From positions 1-59,997 of the forward strand of contig JABGOS010000063.1 in the NCBI GenBank assembly GCA_018645265.1: a DNA stretch of 59,997 nt. Reading direction: 5' to 3'. Below are positions 29,329 through 38,610 of the stretch, one piece after another (the first letter of the stretch is position 1; each line of letters opens with the position of its first letter). This stretch comes from Deltaproteobacteria bacterium. GTDB lineage: Bacteria; UBA10199; 2-02-FULL-44-16; JAAZCA01. A program made the translations under genes and the position numbers. Under the pieces are notes generated by a model. The model worked only from the letters and a program-made list of their open reading frames with translations. It did not search any database and was not told the DNA's origin.

Positions 29329-32300
29329 ATGAGCGATATTAAGAAAACAGGTGACGGTGGAGGAACTCCACCGCACGTTCCAGGCACACCACCAGCCGCG
29401 AGGGGAACCTCTCCCAAGCCAGATGGTGAGGTGCGGCCTGTCGATGGCTACTTGGCTGTGAAAGACGGTGCAACTGATGTAGCCGCAGGAGTTGGCCCCA
29501 CTTCAATGGCAGCACGGTTGGACCCAGCTGAAATAGAAGTATGGAACAGTGTGCGAATCTCCCAAGAAATACTCGGCCTCGCGAAAAGGGCTGCTGCTCT
29601 TTACAGCAGAGATAGCAGAAGCCATGCATCCGATGCGCGCAACATCTTCATTGGAGCACTCAGCTATCTTAAGGAGAAAGGTTTCGATCCAGAAACTAAG
29701 GAAGTTGGAAAAACCCCCACCGACTCACAGATCGCGACAGCCCTTCTCAGAGGATTCAACGGTTACTACAGCGACATGCCACCGGCCGCCAGAACTATCT
29801 CAAAATCAGATATCGAAAAAACATCAAGGGGTCGCTCAGCTGGTGGAAAAGTATTCGTATTATTCAAGAGCTTTATCGATGGTAGTTCCGCACAGCTAAA
29901 CTTAGTTGGTAAGAAACAACCCAAGGCACAGGCCAAGAAAAAGAGCCAGGCACCGACGTTCAAGGCGGAAACCGTTGCACATAGAGTTTTGACTGCACTG
30001 CACATCGTAACTGAAATCGAAGGGATGAGAGATGAACTTGCAGATCCCCACACATTGGATTCGATGCTCAAAGAGGCAAGAAGGATTGATCGAGATTTAA
30101 GATCCCTCGGCAGGGATGAAGCCACCCTTACACCAAAGCTCAGAAGAATCGCATCGCGAACGAGCGCGCTTCAGAAGATTAAAGAACTTGAGAGCATCCG
30201 CAACGACACACTAACGATTCTCACGAGAGAGACAACCGATTTTAACGATGAGAGAATTAACCAGTACGTCTCCAACATCAGCGATAATGTAGATGAATGG
30301 ATTCAGAAAAACACCGCTGATCTATATTGGATTGATCCAGAGGGAGAAAAGGTTGCGATAGCCCCGACACTATTCCAAACAATTGCTGACCAGGCAATCA
30401 GAAGCTACGTAGCAATTTGGCTCTCTGAGCAAAAGGCTGGAGAAACCAGAAGAAGGCTTGAAATAACAGAAAGCGCTTTCAAAAAAGCTCGCCTCCTCAT
30501 TACTCACAAGTTTGCATCCGTAAAAGAGGAGAAGGCGATAAAGGGTCTCATCGGCCGCCTCTTCCATCACGTCGCCAGACAGGATGCCAGCAGAATAGAG
30601 GGATCGAAAACGGACCGCAGCCCCGGCACCGCCGAGGAAGGATCGTTCAGAAACATCCATTCACTGACAAATCTGGAAGCGATCATCGGCCCGGATTTAA
30701 TTGCTGAACTTGATGGCTACTACGATGATATCCGAAGTGGTGTTGCAGGCACTGAAACAAATCACGATATATACGCTCAGTCATTCTATGAACTCTTTCT
30801 CCAATATATCAGAAGGGCGCACAATGAACACGGCGCTGAGTTTGGCCCCGAAGTTTTATCGAGAAGAGGCCTCGAAACTAGATTCATCAGAGCAATATTC
30901 CTAAGGGTTGATGGCGCGCGTGAGAGATTCGATGATAAAACGCTGGAACTTCTGATTAATTTTTTCACATCGCAATTTTCAGATTCATCGTCACTGATCA
31001 AATCAGAGGATGACATATCTAAACTCAAACCCTCTTTAGATGAATATGCCATAGAGGAAAGAGCGAAAGCAGCGTCCACACAGAGACTTGGCAACTTCAT
31101 CCCCTACGACCATAGAGTCTCCCATCGCGATTACGTATATCAGGTAATGGGAGTAGGAGAACCGTACTTCGAAGAAGACTTCAACGATCACAAATTAGGA
31201 ATCACATGGAAGAGCTCATTGGGTTGGGGAAGCATAAGAGAGAATCCCGATACCATAGGTGTTCTACATTGGCAGAGAATCGTCGAGAAGTGGTATGCCA
31301 TCCTCGCATTTGCTGAAACCGAAGGGATACTTACCGACGCAATGTTGGAAATGCCAGATCCAACAATAGAGAAACGCCCCGAAACGATAAGCACCGACCT
31401 TTGGAACGCCTACGCAGGCTGGAGGGTTTCAATTGGGAGAGGCGAGGACGTAACGGTTGAGCCAAGAGGCGAGGATGGCGTAAGTGCCATGATCTCAAGG
31501 TATGAATATCTCTCCGAGATCGCCGAAGCACAGGGTCAGAGAATCGACTTTCTTGAGTATTTGGCCACTATCTATCCACCGATCGCCAGGATGCTACTCC
31601 GAGCGGATAATGAAGGGGTCATCGAACTATCTGAACCGGACCCACTACACAACCGCTTCTATGAAACCTGGAGCTACATGACGTGGGCTCAACAGGTGCA
31701 TTTTGGTGGATATGAAGCTTATACCGGAGTCCGCGCGGCTACATTCGACTCTCATCGTGCTCAGGAAGTGATACCCGAACATTGGGATGCAAGAAGGTAC
31801 GCCACACCTGAAATGTCAGAGCGCTTGGGAATTGAACGAGAAGAATTGATAGTCATCATAAACGGATACCTGAGAAGTGTTCGCGAGATACTCCCAAGGG
31901 TTGATGTACGCGACACCAGAAACGCCAGACTCTCACCCGAACTTCGCAGAAGGAGAAGTAAATATACAATTAAGTTCAACGTCGTTGATAAGAGGGAGCA
32001 GTCGCTACCCACGATCAAAGCAGCTAAAGGTCTTGATAGAATCATCGATGATCACATCAAGGCTGGAGCCTACGACGGACGCATAGATTACATAAGAAAC
32101 TATTTAGGTACTATCAGCCTCCTAATTCCGAATGCGAGTGTTTCAGATCCTCAAAACGGCACGCTAGCACTTAGCGACATTGAGAATGAACTCGAAGCGG
32201 TTTCGAAGGAGCATCTCATCAAGTCATCGATATACAGAGATGCTACGACTACATCCTCAAGCTATTCCCCTGATGATATAAGAGAGGTAAGAGAGTTCTA

Positions 32301-35300
32301 CAAACATGACCTCGAAGGATTTGCTCGAAGGGTTTTACTCGAAGCTCCAATCACTGGAACTATTCATCTAGGTGAGGAAGACATTCACTTTCATCTACTC
32401 CACAGTCAAACACCATTCGTAGCCGATGGACATATTGGTCTTGCAATAGGAGAGATCGTCAGCACATCGAAACGAGAATCATGGGGTAATGATCTCACCT
32501 TAGAAGTCTTGAAGATAAAAGCAGCTGTAGCGCATCTTATGTCGATTGGAGAGCTAAGCCCATCCGACGCAAAAACAGGAGATCGCGTAGAAGCCGCCGT
32601 CACACCACTGATAGGGGGAGGGGAATTACTCGGTGTAGCCTTGCAAAAATTCCTCGGACTAAAGAACGGCGATTTCACGACATCGCCAAATACCGATGTA
32701 GAAAATGACGACACACCCCCACCACCCGAATCGATACCGACCATCCCAGCTGGGCCAAAGCTTCCCAAGGGAATAAAGTGGCAAAATCTGTTTGCACAAA
32801 TAGCAGCTGATGAACACGCTCTCACGGAATCCGATATAAAAATTGGAACTGCAGTTCTCCGCGACTACTTTGATGCCGTTAAATATCTCTACAGAAGATT
32901 CTGGCCACACACACTCGGCAGAATAGTCGAGGAGCACAAGTCCACAAACCCTGAAGGAATTCAGCGGGCAATCCTCGCTTTCTTTAATGGAATAGGTGTT
33001 CCAACGACGATAGAAGGCACATCCGCAAACGCCGATGGTGGCAGTGTAGATCATCACATCGCTACGTTGGCATTTGAAGATTACAGGGATCTCTTTCCCC
33101 AGCCTTCACAAAGTGGAAACAGAATTAGGCTGCCCCTAAATGAAGCTCTAGTAACAAGGCTCATAGAGCTACACATAGAAAACTATACAGGTTCATCCGC
33201 CCCTGATTTTACCGGAGTGACAAGGCTTGTTCATGCCAATATCGACGAATTCAACGCAGATGCCCTTGTTCCCCAGTCGAACGACTTGGAGATTCCACAT
33301 GACGGGCTGCTAGGAAGAACCCTGAGGCTACATGCCAACACATGGTTGGCTGGGAGAGCTCAAACCGCATTTGACTTACCCACACTAAGACGCGCCCTAT
33401 TCAATTTGAGCTGTGCGATAGGGTTCGGTACCACCCCCGAGAGAAGTCAGATTGGAGACGCTCTCTCATCGACTGGAAGGGAGGGTGCCACATCAGATCT
33501 CCATATCGACCTCTTGAATGATACAATCTCCACACAGATAGAATTACAAAATGCCCTATTAGAAATAGTAAAGGACCCGGAGATCGGGATATCAAGATTC
33601 TTCTCTGACAATTATCGCGCACCTCATCTTGATGTAACGAACCTAAGTGAGTTGGCTCAAGAATATGTTCGTCTGAGAATAACCAGCAACCTTCCGATAG
33701 ATATCGAAGCTATGGCGGAACATTTCGTTGACGCAAACCTATCGCAATACCCTGCAGTAGCACTTCAAGTTGCACACTCTTACAGAACGGTTCTCAGCGA
33801 ATGGATACAGTCTATCAGAAGCACATTCGGTGATCCTATCGAACTCGCACACCTAGCCATCCCCCCTTTAGCTGAAGATGCTGCTACGCCATCAGCTAGC
33901 TTGAATGATTTCAGGGAAAGGGTGGCAACCGAGATTGATGATGACATGACCTACGAAGGGTTGAATCAACTCGAAGCTCGTTATGGATATCTTGCAACCT
34001 TTCTAGGGCTGGAGCTCAGCCCAAGTCTTGATCAGGCCACTTCCGAAGCTTACACCAATTCAGTTCAGCCTGCACAATCGCAACTCGATGACGAATTAAC
34101 TGGAATAGTCGACAGGGTTGCAGAGGTTCATGGACGTTCGTATGAAATATACCTAGCAACGAAGAGTGTTGACCTGGATGGCGTGGATGAAGAGGCGGCC
34201 ACAGCGAGGCTGGCTGAGCTCGAAGCATCGTGGCAGATAATCACAGGTCTGCAGGATGAGGTCACGGCGCTATACTCATTAAAGGAACGTGCGGCCGCAA
34301 TTATAGAAATCAGGACGAACGATACCGCTAGGGATAGAGCCCTTGAAACTCTACCTTCAAATTTATTTGAAGTTCCAGAAGCCGCTCCAGAAGGAACAAT
34401 TGGGGTTTTAGAGCTTCAAATACAATCAGCAATGGCTTTTCTTAATTCAGCCGACGGCACGATGCTTGGCAACTCCACCGCCCTTGAAGAACATCTGTCA
34501 TCATTAGAATCCGAAAGACTGCAGGGAGTAGCTGCGAAGACAGTTGCTCTGGTGCACAATGCACGACAGGCCTTGGCAGACGCACACAATGAAGTCACAT
34601 CAAAGATCGATGAAACAACTAACACTCATATAGCTGACATCGAAGCACTGACTGTTGATTTGAGCGGTACCGGTGGAAATCGCGCCCTCTTCATCGATGC
34701 GGTGACAAGATTTACGGCTCTACGTGGTACTGCCATTACAGCCGCCCAGGAACTTTCCGCAAGTGATGGCATTCTCGATACGAAACTATCCGATACGGAG
34801 ACAGTCATAGCGGATGCCAGGCAAACGCTAACTGATGTTGGAGAGGTTCACGGAAAAAAACTGCAACAAGCGATATCCCAGTTGGTACATCTTTTAGAAA
34901 CAGCGAACGCCACAAGAAATAGTGTCACAGAAACCAACAGAACCCTCCTTGCCGCAATGGATACTGCAACCAAAGCCATTGCAACAGAAGAGTCTAAACT
35001 AACGCCAGCTGAACCTGCAAACCTTGCCAAACCGAAGCCGTTGCGTACGGATATCGACGATTCACTTTTTATAACTGGAAAACCAAAGTCAGGTGCCCAC
35101 AGACTCGCCGCTTCAAGCTTAGACAATATAACGCGCTCACAAATCCTCTCCACTAATTCGAAGAGCTATCTCATACCGCTAACTGATGCAGTAGCTATTA
35201 GAAGATGGAGGGATAGCGACAGAAGCGAAGCTTTACAACTGACATCAGTCTTAGGCGATGAGATCATCATCAATCCACACACCTACGGCATAAACATTAC

Positions 35301-38300
35301 AAGAATTGAAGATGCAGATCCAGCTTCACCGCTAGCTAATCTTTCTAAGAAGATAGGTATGCTGCTCCAAAGAAGGAGCAACGAGCTCATACTTCTTGGT
35401 GACTTGGCAAGAAGCGAAGAATCCACAGAATATTATAGGAACCTAATATCACATATAGCCTATCTGGATAGCGATACCAAGATTGATGAGATACACACTA
35501 CCATTCGAAGTTGGGCGGTAGCTAACAGAAGAATCCTAAATGCGAGATACCTCAAAAAGGAACGTTCATCAGATATTACGCACGACGATTACGATAGCGC
35601 AGTACATGCAAACTGGCACAATCTGTATGATACATACTTGAAAAATCCGCATATGGGTATGCTCGTAGTTAGAAATGGCCTCCCTGGTCGTGAAGAGGAT
35701 ATCATATGGGCTGGACCTGTCGATACGAGGGATGCGCAAAGAAGCATTGATACAAAGGGTAATACATTTAGATACATGCACGGCGCAACTGGAGAATGGA
35801 CGGAGATAGATTTAAGGAGTTTGCCTGGCGTAAACTCCAAAACAACACTATTCATTGCGCCCTTTTATAGAACATCTGTGGAAGGCATACTGACTCTAAG
35901 AACAAACTGGGTAATGAGCGGTGATCCATCGCTTTTAGATCTGGGCTGGATATATCAGATGGCGAACCAGTCAGTCGAACTGGACGACTTTCCCGTATCA
36001 ACCGAAAGACAACACTTTGGACAATTCATCCATGGACTGATCTTACCCACAAGCCGAACCCCCATCGGTGAAGGACCGCCGCTCACCTTGCATGAAACAC
36101 AGACACTAGCAACGACCGCATATCATGTAGCTATGAACAGACCCTCCCCTATTAAATTTGAAGCTGTAAGCGATAGGGCGCTTATGGGATGGATTGAATC
36201 AATTCCAGAGCGGATTGAATTTTCGGATGACAGGGATATTACAACCGCCGAGTTTAGAGCTGAGCTAAAAAAACCTGAATTCAGGGAGTTCATAGCAAAG
36301 CTTTATCTCGCTTACCATTATTCCGACGATGAAGAATCTGAATCTATTGCTCTAAGAACTTTTTTGGCAATTGCCACCACCGGTGCATGGCACACAGAAC
36401 ATAGTGTGGTCCACACCATCGAAAGAATCATTCGCGAAAATACAAACAAAATATATAGAAACATGCACGACCCACTCTTCGCACCTATAGATGAGGGGTT
36501 GGAGAGAGCGCATCCCGAAGTCGGAGCGGTTGGCAGGGGCCAGCTCTGGGCGGTAATAAAAGCCTTGGAACCCAACATGGCGGTACAACTCCCAAAGAGT
36601 TGGCCGATGCATAAGATCAAAGCTAGATTGGCAAAGGCGCCAGCGTGGATTAAACCGATGATGCACAGGCTACCATCGATGGCCAAACTGATCACCATTG
36701 TAGCCCTTACATACGAATCCCTCCCGAAGGATTTTAGAGATAAGTTCATGGGTCTATTCTACCTCTGCTTCGACAACAGCAGAATCCCGAGCGATACCAT
36801 GAAAGCATCCATAGAAGATCGCTTACGGAAACTGTACGCCTCTCAATCGCAAGCTGGCGTAGCGGGACATGACACAATAATAAAAGCTCTCAGCGCAAAT
36901 TTAACTGATGATTTTACATTAGCGAGATGGCTTACCGGCGAAACCGATCCCTGGATACAGAGATCGAACAGCTGGCAGACGGCAGATCCTGCATATAGAC
37001 TGAGAATGCTCGCTCCTGAACTAATGAAAGCCAGACGGTTCATCCTAGAGTTTGCTGGTGAAAAACTTGCTGCGGGCAGACAAGCAAATCCCATATCAGA
37101 ATCGATGAAGCGCTTCGTAGAAAGAAATCCGGAACTCAAATCAGCAATTATAGTCATCTACTTTCTACTCATGAAGATGGATGAGGTGTATCGACACAAG
37201 ATCTTCCAGTTCTTTGAACTACAAGCACAAGACCAGAGACCTGAGCTCTTCGCTGAAATGATTACAAATGGGGACATGCTATCGGAAATTAGAAGGACGT
37301 TAAGAGAACCCTTCGGTGATGATGGCGCTGTAACAAATGCATTTCAGATCACCGGCATGGAGGAACCCGAACTTCCTCTTGAGCTACTATCACCAGTTGC
37401 AAGGCTGCAATATCTAGCACCTAATATCTTCAAGCAGGACCCCGCCTTCGTAGAAGCTACCATTAAAGTTTCAAAGACAAACGGACAACTGACGAATCTG
37501 ACATCGCTCGCTCGCAACCATCGGGAACTTAGACCAGCTATAGCTGCACTAGCGCTCGCAATGCTGCGCTTTGATAGAGGTAAACGTTATCAAGTTTACG
37601 ATGCCTTTGATAAATTACCCAATCTTACCCCTGAAGATTTCGTGGACACCCTCATAGAACTCCTACTCTTGGATGATATGAACGCAATATGCGGTGACAA
37701 TCCAATTTCGGAAAATGAGCTTCTAATTCCAACCTTTGAACTCGACGCTGAAGACCAACTACCTTCAACCCACATTGAATATCGCATAGATGAACTCGAA
37801 ATGTTGCCACGGGTGGGAAGTCAGGCCTTCCAACAACTCGTAAGATCCCACTTGGACCAGGAAGCTACGACATACGAAGATGAGCTGCGAAGGAACGGAC
37901 AATATAAAGGTCAAAGTAAAACCGTTATTAAAAGGCACGTCGCACAGTTATTCAATGAAACTGACATGGCCCATAAGAAGGTAATCCTCCTCGCTAAACT
38001 CATCGATCCTACAGAATCGTTCTATGATAGGATGACAAAACATAACCAAGCAAAGCTCGCAACGAGATTGGACAGTCTTCAAAAAGATAAACACGCGGTA
38101 TCTAGATTGATAACTTGGTTCGGATACACTTTCATGATCAAGAACAGGGATGAAGTTCTGGCAGCGAGAGATCGCTTGAAGGCAGATGGTGGATCATCTT
38201 CTGGACCTTCGGGCTCATCCGGCCCTCAAGGTGCCGGTGGCGGATCAATTGTAGGTGGTGGTGGGGAAATAAGCGGCCACGACAAAGCAGGTTTTAGTTC

Positions 38301-38583
38301 AACTCAAGCATCTCCTGTTATACCAACTCCGCAATACGGACCCGCGTCCTCATCACCCATACATTCAATGGGGGCGACAAGACCTGTGTGGGTTACGAGC
38401 AGTCATATGCCAGGAATTTCAGCCGCAAGATTTCACCCAACATCTCCGACATGGCTTCCAACACATGTTAATCAAAATGTAATTGGGGGAGCTATACCTA
38501 CAATGATGGGAGCTTCTCAACTTTTCTCTCCAGTCAACATGGCGAGTCTCTCTACAATGAGTCCAACACCGTTTATGAGATAG
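29329..38583 (+). CDS. giant hypothetical protein (~3,084 aa from ATG 29329), no recognisable domain
   Basis: Uninterrupted 9.3-kb reading frame. No signal peptide, TM segment, Walker A, HExxH or Cys-cluster motif seen. Pro/Gly-rich N-terminus, largely helical-looking body, Gly/Ser then Pro/Ser/Thr/Met-rich tail. The start is uncertain because no SD is present, and the GTG at 29305 lies inside the palindrome. Confidence 0.85.
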   Translation: MSDIKKTGDGGGTPPHVPGTPPAARGTSPKPDGEVRPVDGYLAVKDGATDVAAGVGPTSMAARLDPAEIEVWNSVRISQEILGLAKRAAALYSRDSRSHASDARNIFIGALSYLKEKGFDPETKEVGKTPTDSQIATALLRGFNGYYSDMPPAARTISKSDIEKTSRGRSAGGKVFVLFKSFIDGSSAQLNLVGKKQPKAQAKKKSQAPTFKAETVAHRVLTALHIVTEIEGMRDELADPHTLDSMLKEARRIDRDLRSLGRDEATLTPKLRRIASRTSALQKIKELESIRNDTLTILTRETTDFNDERINQYVSNISDNVDEWIQKNTADLYWIDPEGEKVAIAPTLFQTIADQAIRSYVAIWLSEQKAGETRRRLEITESAFKKARLLITHKFASVKEEKAIKGLIGRLFHHVARQDASRIEGSKTDRSPGTAEEGSFRNIHSLTNLEAIIGPDLIAELDGYYDDIRSGVAGTETNHDIYAQSFYELFLQYIRRAHNEHGAEFGPEVLSRRGLETRFIRAIFLRVDGARERFDDKTLELLINFFTSQFSDSSSLIKSEDDISKLKPSLDEYAIEERAKAASTQRLGNFIPYDHRVSHRDYVYQVMGVGEPYFEEDFNDHKLGITWKSSLGWGSIRENPDTIGVLHWQRIVEKWYAILAFAETEGILTDAMLEMPDPTIEKRPETISTDLWNAYAGWRVSIGRGEDVTVEPRGEDGVSAMISRYEYLSEIAEAQGQRIDFLEYLATIYPPIARMLLRADNEGVIELSEPDPLHNRFYETWSYMTWAQQVHFGGYEAYTGVRAATFDSHRAQEVIPEHWDARRYATPEMSERLGIEREELIVIINGYLRSVREILPRVDVRDTRNARLSPELRRRRSKYTIKFNVVDKREQSLPTIKAAKGLDRIIDDHIKAGAYDGRIDYIRNYLGTISLLIPNASVSDPQNGTLALSDIENELEAVSKEHLIKSSIYRDATTTSSSYSPDDIREVREFYKHDLEGFARRVLLEAPITGTIHLGEEDIHFHLLHSQTPFVADGHIGLAIGEIVSTSKRESWGNDLTLEVLKIKAAVAHLMSIGELSPSDAKTGDRVEAAVTPLIGGGELLGVALQKFLGLKNGDFTTSPNTDVENDDTPPPPESIPTIPAGPKLPKGIKWQNLFAQIAADEHALTESDIKIGTAVLRDYFDAVKYLYRRFWPHTLGRIVEEHKSTNPEGIQRAILAFFNGIGVPTTIEGTSANADGGSVDHHIATLAFEDYRDLFPQPSQSGNRIRLPLNEALVTRLIELHIENYTGSSAPDFTGVTRLVHANIDEFNADALVPQSNDLEIPHDGLLGRTLRLHANTWLAGRAQTAFDLPTLRRALFNLSCAIGFGTTPERSQIGDALSSTGREGATSDLHIDLLNDTISTQIELQNALLEIVKDPEIGISRFFSDNYRAPHLDVTNLSELAQEYVRLRITSNLPIDIEAMAEHFVDANLSQYPAVALQVAHSYRTVLSEWIQSIRSTFGDPIELAHLAIPPLAEDAATPSASLNDFRERVATEIDDDMTYEGLNQLEARYGYLATFLGLELSPSLDQATSEAYTNSVQPAQSQLDDELTGIVDRVAEVHGRSYEIYLATKSVDLDGVDEEAATARLAELEASWQIITGLQDEVTALYSLKERAAAIIEIRTNDTARDRALETLPSNLFEVPEAAPEGTIGVLELQIQSAMAFLNSADGTMLGNSTALEEHLSSLESERLQGVAAKTVALVHNARQALADAHNEVTSKIDETTNTHIADIEALTVDLSGTGGNRALFIDAVTRFTALRGTAITAAQELSASDGILDTKLSDTETVIADARQTLTDVGEVHGKKLQQAISQLVHLLETANATRNSVTETNRTLLAAMDTATKAIATEESKLTPAEPANLAKPKPLRTDIDDSLFITGKPKSGAHRLAASSLDNITRSQILSTNSKSYLIPLTDAVAIRRWRDSDRSEALQLTSVLGDEIIINPHTYGINITRIEDADPASPLANLSKKIGMLLQRRSNELILLGDLARSEESTEYYRNLISHIAYLDSDTKIDEIHTTIRSWAVANRRILNARYLKKERSSDITHDDYDSAVHANWHNLYDTYLKNPHMGMLVVRNGLPGREEDIIWAGPVDTRDAQRSIDTKGNTFRYMHGATGEWTEIDLRSLPGVNSKTTLFIAPFYRTSVEGILTLRTNWVMSGDPSLLDLGWIYQMANQSVELDDFPVSTERQHFGQFIHGLILPTSRTPIGEGPPLTLHETQTLATTAYHVAMNRPSPIKFEAVSDRALMGWIESIPERIEFSDDRDITTAEFRAELKKPEFREFIAKLYLAYHYSDDEESESIALRTFLAIATTGAWHTEHSVVHTIERIIRENTNKIYRNMHDPLFAPIDEGLERAHPEVGAVGRGQLWAVIKALEPNMAVQLPKSWPMHKIKARLAKAPAWIKPMMHRLPSMAKLITIVALTYESLPKDFRDKFMGLFYLCFDNSRIPSDTMKASIEDRLRKLYASQSQAGVAGHDTIIKALSANLTDDFTLARWLTGETDPWIQRSNSWQTADPAYRLRMLAPELMKARRFILEFAGEKLAAGRQANPISESMKRFVERNPELKSAIIVIYFLLMKMDEVYRHKIFQFFELQAQDQRPELFAEMITNGDMLSEIRRTLREPFGDDGAVTNAFQITGMEEPELPLELLSPVARLQYLAPNIFKQDPAFVEATIKVSKTNGQLTNLTSLARNHRELRPAIAALALAMLRFDRGKRYQVYDAFDKLPNLTPEDFVDTLIELLLLDDMNAICGDNPISENELLIPTFELDAEDQLPSTHIEYRIDELEMLPRVGSQAFQQLVRSHLDQEATTYEDELRRNGQYKGQSKTVIKRHVAQLFNETDMAHKKVILLAKLIDPTESFYDRMTKHNQAKLATRLDSLQKDKHAVSRLITWFGYTFMIKNRDEVLAARDRLKADGGSSSGPSGSSGPQGAGGGSIVGGGGEISGHDKAGFSSTQASPVIPTPQYGPASSSPIHSMGATRPVWVTSSHMPGISAARFHPTSPTWLPTHVNQNVIGGAIPTMMGASQLFSPVNMASLSTMSPTPFMR

Positions 38584-38585
38584 TT

Positions 38586-38608
38586 AAAAAAAGTGTCGGA
38601 CACTTTTT
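38586..38608. repeat. palindromic repeat, single copy (locus 4): AAAAAAAGTGTCGGACACTTTTT, centre 38598
   Basis: Starts 3 nt after the giant ORF stop (38583) and ends 3 nt before the rimO stop (38611). This is the position of a bidirectional terminator. Confidence 0.9.
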
Positions 38609-38610
38609 GG

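Noticed and set aside
29339-37787. About 20 antisense or alternative-frame ORFs of 60-143 aa inside the giant gene
   Set aside because: They are scattered and unconserved in pattern, with no RBS. This is expected for the complementary strand of a long Ala/Glu/Leu-rich coding region.
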